DNA of 64,000 bases, taken from contig DASUHD010000178.1 of the NCBI GenBank assembly GCA_036273675.1, forward strand, positions 9,492 to 73,491, read 5' to 3'. Source of the DNA: Ktedonobacterales bacterium (GTDB lineage Bacteria; Chloroflexota; Ktedonobacteria; Ktedonobacterales; JADMIN01). Shown piece by piece: positions 1 through 8,487 of this stretch; position 1 is the stretch's first letter, and the number at the start of each line of letters is the position of its first letter. The translations under genes were made by a program, and so were the position numbers. The notes beneath the pieces were generated by a model. The model searched no databases, was not told the DNA's origin, and worked only from the letters and a program-made list of their open reading frames with translations.

Positions 1-671
1 TGCATGACGATACAGCGCAGACGCTCGTGGCGCTCTCTCGCGGACTGGACGCGCTCTCCTCGCGGCGTCCCAATCAGCTTGTCGCAGAGCACGATACACG
101 CTTCATCGCGGAACTGGGCGATCTTGCCAAGCGCAGCCTCGACAGCATCCGCCGCGCCTGTCAGGATCTGCGCCCCTCTGTATTGGACGACCTGGGGCTT
201 GCCGCCGCGCTGGCCTCGCTGGCGACCAGCACCACGCAGCGCGGGCTAGAGTGCGAGTTCGAGCAGGAGGGCGAGAGCAGCCTACCCGCCACGCGCGAGT
301 TCGAAGTGACAATCTATCGTATCGCGCAGGAAGCGCTCTCCAACGCGCGCCGCCACGCCAACGCCACCAGCGCCAAAATTACGCTGAAATACGATGATGA
401 TCGGCTCACGCTGACCGTCGCGGATAACGGCCAGGGATTCTCGGTCGCGGAGACGCTGAGCCGGGTGCGCTCGCCCCAGGCGAAAGGCGACGCCGAATCG
501 CGCAGCGGCCTTGGTTTGCGCGGCATGCGCGAGCGCGCCGGACTGATCAAGGCGCACCTGGAGATCGAGAGTGACCCCGAGCTGGGTACGACGGTCACAC
601 TCACCGTGCCACTCAGCGCTCCCGCCAGAGCCGAGGCGCCCACGCACGATCTCGCCCAGCCCACCGCGTGA
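1..671 (+). CDS. Sensor histidine kinase, C-terminal part (5' end lies outside window); HisKA_3-type H-box plus HATPase_c
   Basis: Frame 3 reads H-D-D-T-A-Q-T-L from nt 3 (NarL-class H-box HDxxxQxL). It continues through the N-box (EALSNARRHA), G1 (DNGQGF) and G2 (GLGLRGMRERA) motifs to the stop at 671. The M at nt 27 in the ORF track is internal. Confidence 0.8.
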   Translation, partial: HDDTAQTLVALSRGLDALSSRRPNQLVAEHDTRFIAELGDLAKRSLDSIRRACQDLRPSVLDDLGLAAALASLATSTTQRGLECEFEQEGESSLPATREFEVTIYRIAQEALSNARRHANATSAKITLKYDDDRLTLTVADNGQGFSVAETLSRVRSPQAKGDAESRSGLGLRGMRERAGLIKAHLEIESDPELGTTVTLTVPLSAPARAEAPTHDLAQPTA

Positions 672-684
672 GACCTCACCCCCA

Positions 685-709
685 TCCCCTCTCCTTGTGG
701 GAGAGGGGA
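685..709. terminator. Candidate bidirectional hairpin between convergent genes
   Basis: tcccctctcc (685-694) pairs with ggagagggga (700-709) around a 5-nt loop. It lies between the kinase stop (671) and the M20 peptidase stop (727). No clear U-tract. Confidence 0.4.
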
Positions 710-726
710 GCCAGCGTCCCGGTACG

Positions 727-2058
727 CTACCCGAAGCGGCGCAACGCGTGATAGATAGCCTCCGCGCCAAAGTTCACCGCCTCCACGGGGATGCGCTCGT
801 CGGCGGCGTGGATGAGCTGGATGACGGGGAAATCGGCGGGCAGGCGCATCGGCAGGTAGCCATAGGTCTGGATGCCCAGCCGCGCGAGGTGCCGTCCGTC
901 GGTGACGCCCGCGAGCAGCAGCGGAATCGGCGTCCCTTCGGGGTCTGCCTCGCGCAGAATCCCCGCCAGCGTCTCGAACAGCCCCATATCAGGCTCGGCC
1001 GTTGGCGTCAGGTCGCTGCGCCCGGCGGAGAACGCGGCCAGGTCGCCCGCTAGCTGATGCAGTTCCGCCAACATGTCTTCCGGGGTGAATCCCGGCAGCA
1101 GCCGCCCATCCAGCGCCACCGTGATCTCGCTGGGGATGACGTTCTCTTTGTCGCCGCCACGCACGACGGTCGCGTTGACGGTATTGTGCAGCAGCGGATC
1201 GAAGAGCGCGCCCTGCGCGCCAAGCGCGTCGAGCGTCGCGTCGGTGTGCGCTGGGTCGAGCAGCGGGCGCATCATATCCCCTGGTTCCTGCGGCAGCGCA
1301 TTCGCCATTCCCTCGATCATCATGCGTGTCACGGGGGTAATATGCGTCGGCAGGCGGTGATGGTCGAGCCGCTGGAGCAGTTGTCCCAGCTTGGCCATCG
1401 CGCCACCGTGCATCGGCAGCGAGCCGTGGCCGCCGGGACCGCGCACCATCGCCGTGATGGCCACTCCCTGCTTCTCGGCGACCATGATGGGATAGAACCG
1501 CCGCTCGCCGATGTGAATCGTGAAGCCGCCAATCTCGCCGATGGCATAGCGGACCCCGCGAAACAGGTCGGCGTGCTCTTCGACGAGATAGCGCGCGCCA
1601 TAGTCGCCCCAGTTTTCCTCGTCGGCCAGCGCGGCGAAGATCACGTCACCGGGCAGGTCGGCGCCCTCTGCGGCGGCGCGCAGGAACGCGGCGAGCATCA
1701 TGGCGACGCCGCCCTTCATATCGAGCGCGCCACGCCCCCAGATCGCGCCATCGGCCAGGTCACCTGAGAACGGTGGATGGCTCCAGTGCTGCCCCGCTGT
1801 CGTAACGACATCCACATGGCCATACAGCAGCAGCGGCGGCGCGTTGCCCCGGCCAGCCAGGCGAGCGATGAGATTCGGACGGGCGGGATCGCGCGCCAGA
1901 ATGGTCGCCGGGATACCGGCCTCGGCCAGCAGATCGCGGATATAGCCAATGCAGGCAGCCTCGTTGCCCGGTGGGTTGGTCGTATCGAAGCGAATCAGGT
2001 GTTGCAGCAGCTCGGCGGGGCGTGTGTAGAGCGGCGAGCCAGCATCGGCGGTGGACAT
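727..2058 (-). CDS. M20 family metallopeptidase (ArgE/DapE/ACY1/CPG2-like)
   Basis: 443-aa ORF with M20 signature stretches: LLLYGHVDVV, WSHPPFSG, GRGALDMKGG, and the dimerisation-domain region. Confidence 0.85.
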   Translation of the reverse strand: MSTADAGSPLYTRPAELLQHLIRFDTTNPPGNEAACIGYIRDLLAEAGIPATILARDPARPNLIARLAGRGNAPPLLLYGHVDVVTTAGQHWSHPPFSGDLADGAIWGRGALDMKGGVAMMLAAFLRAAAEGADLPGDVIFAALADEENWGDYGARYLVEEHADLFRGVRYAIGEIGGFTIHIGERRFYPIMVAEKQGVAITAMVRGPGGHGSLPMHGGAMAKLGQLLQRLDHHRLPTHITPVTRMMIEGMANALPQEPGDMMRPLLDPAHTDATLDALGAQGALFDPLLHNTVNATVVRGGDKENVIPSEITVALDGRLLPGFTPEDMLAELHQLAGDLAAFSAGRSDLTPTAEPDMGLFETLAGILREADPEGTPIPLLLAGVTDGRHLARLGIQTYGYLPMRLPADFPVIQLIHAADERIPVEAVNFGAEAIYHALRRFG

Positions 2059-2166
2059 CGGGGAGGAACCTTTCTACTCGCGTGGTCGCGTGTGCATCGT
2101 TCGCCACCATTGTGCGCCCTTGAGGTTCGCGGCGCAAGTTACGGATCGTCTGGCTCGTATTCATCG

Positions 2167-2631
2167 CTAATTGTCGTGACGAATCTTTACCGGCGTAATG
2201 CGGATAGCTTGAGAAAACTGTGCGGCATACTCTTCTGGAACGTGGTCACTGCCAAAAATCCGCTGGCTCAAATTCCTATATTTGGCGTCATAGGGGGGAT
2301 ATTGCAGCCAGTTGGAAGGCTCGTCAACGAGTTCCGCAATTCCGTCAACAACCACTGAGAAGTAGTCTTCAAAGCCGAAACTTTCCAGCGCCAAAGAGAC
2401 TTGTGGATTCTCCCGGATGTTGCGCACTTTGACTGAATCTGGCAGACTGAAGATTAGGATGCTGCCGTTCTCGTAGAGGAAACAGACGGGGATGGCGTGC
2501 GGACGTCCATCAGGGCGGACGGTGATGAGAAACCCGTATTCTGCGCTTTCAAGACGTTCCTGCGTTTGCGCCTGAAGCGGGTCTGTGCGGTCGAGCATCT
2601 GCGGTCTCCTAAACGTTTGTGGGGAAAACAT
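2167..2631 (-). CDS. Pyridoxamine 5'-phosphate oxidase (PPOX) family protein, possibly F420/FMN-binding split-barrel
   Basis: 154 aa. GFLITVRPDGRPHAIPVCFLYENGSILIFS is typical of the PNPOx-like split-barrel family. Alternative start at M12 (nt 2598). Confidence 0.65.
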   Translation of the reverse strand: MFSPQTFRRPQMLDRTDPLQAQTQERLESAEYGFLITVRPDGRPHAIPVCFLYENGSILIFSLPDSVKVRNIRENPQVSLALESFGFEDYFSVVVDGIAELVDEPSNWLQYPPYDAKYRNLSQRIFGSDHVPEEYAAQFSQAIRITPVKIRHDN

Positions 2632-3100
2632 CTACATCGACGGGCAGAACGGCGGCCAGCACGTAGCATCATTGCTACACTACCACACGTACAATGCTGA
2701 TAGCCAGCTTATGACATCGCACGCACTGGCGAAAGAGAGTCACGCGCTGGTAGCACCATAAGATATGCGGATGTCTGCCACCGCGATGATCCTGGCACAA
2801 TACCCCTAAAATTCCCAGATTCACCCAATATGGCTATACGGCGACCGCATCCTTCCGGGCCGCTGGCTCGTCTAAAGAATCGGACGGCATGAAACGTCTC
2901 CTCAGGGAACAGGATACCCAACACTCGCCAAAGCTCGTCATCGGTTGGCACAGACTGCCACTGACCGCCAGCAACTGCCACTGGAGCCATTGGTCGGCGA
3001 TTTTGGGTGATTTCCACCGATTGCGTGATTGTCAGAAGCCCTTGCTCGTATTACACTATAGAACGTAAGTTCTAGTTGCGGGCGAGTGGTTGGTTGAGCG

Positions 3101-3140
3101 ATGCAGATGGATGCAGATGGATGCAGATGGATGCAGATGA
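3101..3140. repeat. Perfect 10-bp tandem repeat (ATGCAGATGG x3 plus ATGCAGATGA)
   Basis: Read directly at 3101-3140. It ends 57 nt upstream of the response-regulator start codon at 3197. Confidence 0.95.
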
Positions 3141-3196
3141 GAGTACACCGCGCCGGGATGCTGCCGCGCATCCCTGTCAGGAAGGGGAAGAGAGGC

Positions 3197-3634
3197 ATGT
3201 CACAGGTACTGGTTGTGGATGATGACCGCGCCATCCGCGAATTGCTGCGCTATGCGCTGGAGGCGGAGGGCTATGTGGTGACGCAGTTCCGCGATGGCCG
3301 GGGCGTCGTCGAGGCGCTGGAGGCGGCGCAGGAACCATGCGTTGTGTTGATGGATCTGATGATGCCGGAGATGAACGGCTGGGATGTCTGCCGCGCCCTC
3401 GAAGCACGGGGTGGGCTGAAGCAGCGGCATGGGCTGGCGCTGATGTCGGCGGGGCTGCTGCCTGGTCAGGAATATCCGGCGGTAGTGGATGCGCTGGTGC
3501 GCAAGCCATTCCGCCTGGACCAGGTCTATACGCTGGTCGAGGCGATGTTCGAGGCGCTAGCCGAGCAGGCCGACGAGCAAGCGCTCGTTCCCGTACTGAC
3601 GTGTGAGTCGCAGGCGATGGGGTCGGTGGCGTGA
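3197..3634 (+). CDS. Stand-alone response regulator (CheY-like receiver)
   Basis: MSQVLVVDDDRAIRELL..., the LMDLMMPEMNGW phospho-acceptor region, and KPF. The ATG at 3197 is preceded by GAAGGGGAAGAGAGG. The ORF-track start at 3101 lies inside the tandem repeat and is unlikely. Confidence 0.8.
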   Translation: MSQVLVVDDDRAIRELLRYALEAEGYVVTQFRDGRGVVEALEAAQEPCVVLMDLMMPEMNGWDVCRALEARGGLKQRHGLALMSAGLLPGQEYPAVVDALVRKPFRLDQVYTLVEAMFEALAEQADEQALVPVLTCESQAMGSVA

Positions 3635-3711
3635 GTGTTGAGTGTGGTGGCTATGAGGCTTGGGACGGTTGGGCCGGTTCGGATTCGGACACATGCGCAT
3701 GAGATGCGGGA

Positions 3712-4686
3712 CTAGGGCGGCGGTGGATAATTGCCACTGTCGCCTTTCGCTTTGATCGCATCCGCCAGCGCCTGATATGCCTGCGCGCCATCGTCGTAGG
3801 CACGCTGCTCGCGCTCGGTCTTCGGCATCTTTACACGGACATGCTCTTCGACGTGTCCTGGCACAAGGTCCAGTAATGTCCGCACCGCCTGCTCATCTTT
3901 GGCCCGCTGCTTGTTGAGCCAGCCCTGCGCCTGGCGCGTTCCCTCAGCGCCATAGGTCGCATCTTCCGTCGCATGGAAGTGTTCGTGTTTGTAGACCAGT
4001 TCGCGCGCCCAGTAGTGATTGCGCGGCGGCACGTGGTCTTTGGGGTCGGGCGTCAGATCGACGGCGACCTTGAGGTAGTTTCCACTATTGATCGCCGGAT
4101 CAGCATCCCCGGTGATATTGATCTCGTGGTGGGGGCCATTGCCGGGGCATACTTGCACTTTGATCTCCAGCTCTTCCGTGGCCTTCACGGTGAAGCCTCG
4201 TTTTCCTGTCTTCACCTCGACATCCTTGAGCGGAAGCGCCTTGAAGGTCGTCGTGCCATACTCGCCGCCCGGTGGGTTGACTGGCTCATCGGTGCGGCTC
4301 GACGTGAACCCAAGCACGCTCTGAACACGCTGTGTGGCGCCCGAAGCGCCTCCGCTGAGTGGCAGCGCGTCTGTCTCATCCTCCGTTGGCGCTGGCACGT
4401 CAACGCCCTGGTCCTCGATGGGTGGTAGCACAGTCTGTTTACCGTCGCCCCGCTCGCCATCGGCCTGACGATTTGCTTCCAGTGGGATGGTGACCATGAA
4501 TGCGTGGCGGGTAGACACACGCTCCTCCCAGGAGATTGGCGCGGTTACGGCGACGCTGCCAAAGCTATGCCCCGCGCTGGCTGTGCTACTGCTATCCGCG
4601 TAAGTGTCCGGTACGCGCGTGGCCTGACGCGCGGCAAGCGCGAGCGGCTCAGCGTGTGGGCGGCGGATGCGCTGGCGATCAGACAT
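3712..4686 (-). CDS. Hypothetical protein with C-terminal HExxH motif (HEHFH), downstream of portal-like gene
   Basis: 324-aa ORF with coding-like composition. The N-terminal GHSFGSVAV stretch is reminiscent of the FGxDFSxVRVH start of DUF4157-type proteins. The only catalytic-looking motif is YKHEHFHATED. Confidence 0.5.
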   Translation of the reverse strand: MSDRQRIRRPHAEPLALAARQATRVPDTYADSSSTASAGHSFGSVAVTAPISWEERVSTRHAFMVTIPLEANRQADGERGDGKQTVLPPIEDQGVDVPAPTEDETDALPLSGGASGATQRVQSVLGFTSSRTDEPVNPPGGEYGTTTFKALPLKDVEVKTGKRGFTVKATEELEIKVQVCPGNGPHHEINITGDADPAINSGNYLKVAVDLTPDPKDHVPPRNHYWARELVYKHEHFHATEDATYGAEGTRQAQGWLNKQRAKDEQAVRTLLDLVPGHVEEHVRVKMPKTEREQRAYDDGAQAYQALADAIKAKGDSGNYPPPP

Positions 4687-4801
4687 TGCGCGCCTCGCGG
4701 GTCTCTCATCGGTGGCTGATGCGGCAACAATCTATGAGCACTTCTACCGCAACACGCTATCAGGCGCGCAACATGAATGTCAAGAGATGGCCTCATCTCG
4801 T

Positions 4802-6076
4802 TTATCGCGGGCGTTCCGGCTCGGGCAGGTGGAGCAGCCGCGCTGCCTGGGCGGGCGAGACAACGCCAAGCGGAATCAGCCGGGCGAAGGCTTCGGCGCG
4901 GGCGGCGAAATCTTCTGGCTCTTCGATGCCGCCGAAGCTGACGGTGAAGCGCGGATCGAGCCACTGGCGCACTTTGCGTGTGAGGAAGTTGGAGGCCAAC
5001 GCGACGACCGGCGCAACGGCACGGCGATAGACAACGTTTTGCTGCGACTCGCCAACGCTGCGGTTGCTGGTGTCGGTAAAGCCCAGCTCGTCCATCGTCA
5101 GGCCGAATGCGGCGACGGTGACGTTGAGCAGGAAGCGGTCGAACTCGACCAGCGGATCGTCGCCCGCGAGTGCGAGCCAGTTGCTCCCTGGCGGCAGCGC
5201 CTTGGCCCGCACGCGCCAGGCATCGTTGCCCGCCAGCAATCCATTGAAGGCGCGCTCGAACGTCTCTAGCTGATCTGGCGTCCAGCTGAGGCCGGCGGGC
5301 GGTTGGATCAGCCCCAGCGGCGTCGCGCCATCGGTGAAGCGGGTCAGGTCGAAGTTCTGCTTGCGTAGCGCCTGATTGACGCGCAGGAGAATCCGCTCGA
5401 CGCGCGAGATGCCATAGACGCTCTCGGTGCGGGCGGTCTCGCGCAGATAGTCCATCTCATCGAGGGTATAGTCGCCCGCGACGATGCCATAGAGCACCTG
5501 CTGATAGGCGGGCGCGGGCGGCTGGGGCGTGCGTCCAGCCTCGTCTACCAGCGGTTTGATGGTCTCACCGGCGATCAACTCTAACGCATAGAGCTGGCCA
5601 GAGCGGGTGAGGCGTGTGTAGACGGCAACGGCGTCGATCTCCATCAGGTCGCGCACGAAGGCCACCAGCCACGAGCGCAAATCCTGGATGCGGTCAGGCG
5701 ATTCGAGCAACGCCTCGATACGCCGGGCAGGCTCGCGCCAACGTGGAGCCGCAGCGTCCTCGCCATCGTCCAGCAGCTCGGCGCGCGGCAAGACCCGTAG
5801 CTCCAGCCGCCCGATCAGGTCGAAGTAGACCCGCTCGCAGATCTGGATGCCGTCGTAGAGCGCGGCGAGGTTGCGCAACTGCTCGAAGGTGGTGGTCTCG
5901 GTGGCGCGTGGCCGCTGGGTGAGGTTGAAGCCGACGGGATAGGCCCATTGGCGCGGCTGCCGCGCGATGCCATCCAGCGCGGTGGCTGGGGGTGGCGAAC
6001 CCGGCGCGAAGCTCGCCATCGCCTCTATCGTCTCCTGCGCGCCACGCTGCCCGCGCGCTTTTCGCTTGCCACCCAT
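4802..6076 (-). CDS. Phage portal protein-like (HK97-type portal family resemblance)
   Basis: 424 aa. The region VTVAAFGLTMDELGFTDTSNRSVGESQQNVVYRRAVAPV resembles the conserved portal core (AFGVPxxLxG...N.A..E). Size is appropriate for a portal. No terminase, capsid or protease genes are adjacent. Confidence 0.55.
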   Translation of the reverse strand: MGGKRKARGQRGAQETIEAMASFAPGSPPPATALDGIARQPRQWAYPVGFNLTQRPRATETTTFEQLRNLAALYDGIQICERVYFDLIGRLELRVLPRAELLDDGEDAAAPRWREPARRIEALLESPDRIQDLRSWLVAFVRDLMEIDAVAVYTRLTRSGQLYALELIAGETIKPLVDEAGRTPQPPAPAYQQVLYGIVAGDYTLDEMDYLRETARTESVYGISRVERILLRVNQALRKQNFDLTRFTDGATPLGLIQPPAGLSWTPDQLETFERAFNGLLAGNDAWRVRAKALPPGSNWLALAGDDPLVEFDRFLLNVTVAAFGLTMDELGFTDTSNRSVGESQQNVVYRRAVAPVVALASNFLTRKVRQWLDPRFTVSFGGIEEPEDFAARAEAFARLIPLGVVSPAQAARLLHLPEPERPR

Positions 6077-6272
6077 CGCTTCTTCCTCTGCCTCTCCGCC
6101 TGGCCCGACACACGCTATCTTGCTATCTCATCAAAAGGTAGCATGGACATGGAGATGGCACGAGAGGGACAGCCGCCAGCAACCTGGGCAGGAAGCTGTC
6201 AGCGGCGGTCACGAGTTTGTGAAGGGATGGCTAGAGACAGTTCCGAACCTCTGGCAAGTTGGCTCAGCCTAT

Positions 6273-7538
6273 TCAGCCCCCCGACTCCGCTTCCGTGTTG
6301 AACATCCAGCGCGACCCCTGCACGGGGAGGCGCGGCAATAAGCCATAGCGCAACTTGAGCGCGAGAATGCGCTGGACTGATGCATCGAGTTGCGCCGTCG
6401 AGAGGTCGCCTTTGGTTAATGCCACTTGGAGGCCGGCGAGAATACCACGGATCAGCGAGGGGCTCCATGGAGCCATGATCATATCATTGCCAGCTTCGAT
6501 GGCAAGCACAGCGGCTTGCGCGAACGACCACTTCTCCGTGATGCCAGCCATGTAGAGCGCATCGGTGATAGCCACGCCATTGAAATGCAGTTCATCACGC
6601 AGGATGCCGGTGATGATGGGCCGCGAGAGCTCGGCGGGCATGTTCGGATCCAGCGCCGGAACCAGGACGTCTGTGGACATGACCATCCCTACCTGCCCGG
6701 TCGCTATCAGCGCACGGTAGGGAGCCAACTCGGTCGCTTCGAACTGTGTACGGGTGCGGCCAATGACTGGCAAGCTCGTGTGGGCATCGGTGGTCGCGGC
6801 GCCCAGCCCAGGAAAGTGTTTCAGGCAGCCAACGACCTGCTGACTCTGCAGTCCTTCCAGCCAGGCCCCGGCGTAGGTCGTCACGGTCTGTGGATCTTTA
6901 CCAAAGGTGCGCCCCCATTGGTCAGGACCGTTCACCAGCGCGACATCCACATCGGGGGCAAGATCCGCGTTGAAGCCAAGGCTTTGCAGGTCACGGGCCG
7001 CCCGCGCGCCCTGCTGTGTCGCAACCTGCGGGTTGCCAGTCGCGGCGATCGCGGGCGCCCCCATATGTGGGCCACTGTATCCCGCCAGGCGGTCCACGAC
7101 GCCGCCCTCTTGATCGGTGAAGGTGAACATGGGGATCTGGCTATCCCGCTGCGCATCCGCGAGCAGGGTACGTACCTGAGGTGCGGTACCCATCGCGTAG
7201 CCATAGAGGATCACACCACCCGGTTGGAACGGGACGACAAGGGCTGCCTGATCCGGTGTGTAGGTCATGTGCGTGAACTGGATGATGATGAGTTGCCCGA
7301 GTTTCTCAGCCAGCGACATCTGCCGTACCATCATGGCGGCCTGCGTATCGGGGCTCATCAGTTTGACTGGCGCCCACGTCTGCCCTTTTGGCACAGACAC
7401 CGGCGGCGCGATTGATGGGATCTGAGTCGGGGCGCTGTGGCTGCTACAGGCCGAAAGCAGGAGTGACAACAGGAGCGATAACGACAGGAAGCCCTTCTTA
7501 TACCAGGCCCCAATCGCGGCCCATCGCCTCATGCACAT
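6273..7538 (-). CDS. Glycoside hydrolase family 3 lipoprotein (NagZ-like beta-N-acetylhexosaminidase)
   Basis: GH3 N-terminal domain motifs: KLGQLIIIQF, DQEGGVVDRL, GFNADLAPDVDV, KHFPGLGAATTDAHTSLP. The start at 7538 (MCMRRW...) is preceded by AAGGGGAAGG. It gives a signal peptide with lipobox LLLSAC. Confidence 0.85.
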   Translation of the reverse strand: MCMRRWAAIGAWYKKGFLSLSLLLSLLLSACSSHSAPTQIPSIAPPVSVPKGQTWAPVKLMSPDTQAAMMVRQMSLAEKLGQLIIIQFTHMTYTPDQAALVVPFQPGGVILYGYAMGTAPQVRTLLADAQRDSQIPMFTFTDQEGGVVDRLAGYSGPHMGAPAIAATGNPQVATQQGARAARDLQSLGFNADLAPDVDVALVNGPDQWGRTFGKDPQTVTTYAGAWLEGLQSQQVVGCLKHFPGLGAATTDAHTSLPVIGRTRTQFEATELAPYRALIATGQVGMVMSTDVLVPALDPNMPAELSRPIITGILRDELHFNGVAITDALYMAGITEKWSFAQAAVLAIEAGNDMIMAPWSPSLIRGILAGLQVALTKGDLSTAQLDASVQRILALKLRYGLLPRLPVQGSRWMFNTEAESGG

Positions 7539-8173
7539 GTATGTCCTTCCCCTTGATACTCCAGATAACTCCCAGATAACTTCTACATGACTCCCACATG
7601 ACTCCCAGTTGAAACATGCAACTGGCGCCATGTCTTCACGGCGTCGCTTGCATGTTATTACCATACAGCGGCTACCGGAAGCAGCACCAGATGTAATATC
7701 GTTGAGAGCGCCGCCGCGATCCCTCTCGGTCCTGCAGAGCGTCGTTATGATCGCCGACACGCGAACACCACTCGCCAGCTACTGGGGCGTTTGATGCCTG
7801 CGCACGTTCACGGATCGGGCAGGCCCCATGCTATCAGCAATGCCCATCATCGTCATTATCCGTTGCGGGGTATGGATTGAAATTGTGATGCCTCATATAC
7901 ACGAGAACCCCTTGCCGTGATGCACATGTGGTGCAGAGACGCTATGCCTGAAGCAGCGATAAGTTCTTAGAAACTGTCCGAGAAGGAGGTAAGAGAGAAG
8001 GGCCACCAGGAGATACCCTACCGAAATGAGTGTCTCAAACACAGTTCGGAGGGCATTCCTGGTATGGCAACCGGCGATCAAGCGGTTGGGGCCGTCTGAG
8101 GCGCCGAAATCCGCCGGAACGAAGCGCGTCTGAAAACGCTCGACGAGGTTGGACACGTCGTCGGAACTTTCGC

Positions 8174-8305
8174 GCGCGTGCTCTGTTTGTGCTAGACCGC
8201 GGGGGAATCATCCGCTTCGGCCAGGTCTATCCCGATCAGCTTGACCCAGGCGTTAACGGCATTCTGACCACCCTGGAAGCCTTGCCCAGCGCCAATCCGC
8301 CGTGA
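8174..8305 (+). pseudogene. Peroxiredoxin (AhpC/TSA/Bcp-type) C-terminal remnant
   Basis: RALFVLDRGGIIRFGQVYPDQLDPGVNGILTTLEAL matches the C-terminal RAxFVIDxxGxIR...IL.AL segment of peroxiredoxins. No N-terminal catalytic Cys region is present. Upstream similarity (GTFAR) is in another frame. Confidence 0.45.
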
Positions 8306-8487
8306 GCAAATGCACTTTCGACTCGCCCTCTGAGTTCGCCAGCACGTACCACTTACAACGCCCTGAAATCCTGGCGGCAGTCTCGTCAGCTTCTTGAAAT
8401 ATGAGTAACCGCTCATGTATGATGCGAATGGCGATATGTATGCTCAATACATGCGTGAGGGCGCATGTGCGAAGAATCGGGGGTGAC

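Noticed and set aside
3676-3686. GGTTCGGATTC, resembling a tRNA T-loop consensus
   Set aside because: No complementary T-stem, acceptor stem or anticodon arm can be drawn around it. No tRNA-like cloverleaf was recognised next to any comM fragment either. A tRNAscan-SE run would be the proper check.
5614-6113. Arg-rich ORFs on both strands overlapping the 5' part of the portal-like gene
   Set aside because: Low-complexity Arg/Ala/Pro composition typical of out-of-frame reading of GC-rich coding DNA. The portal-like frame is the only one with family-like motifs.
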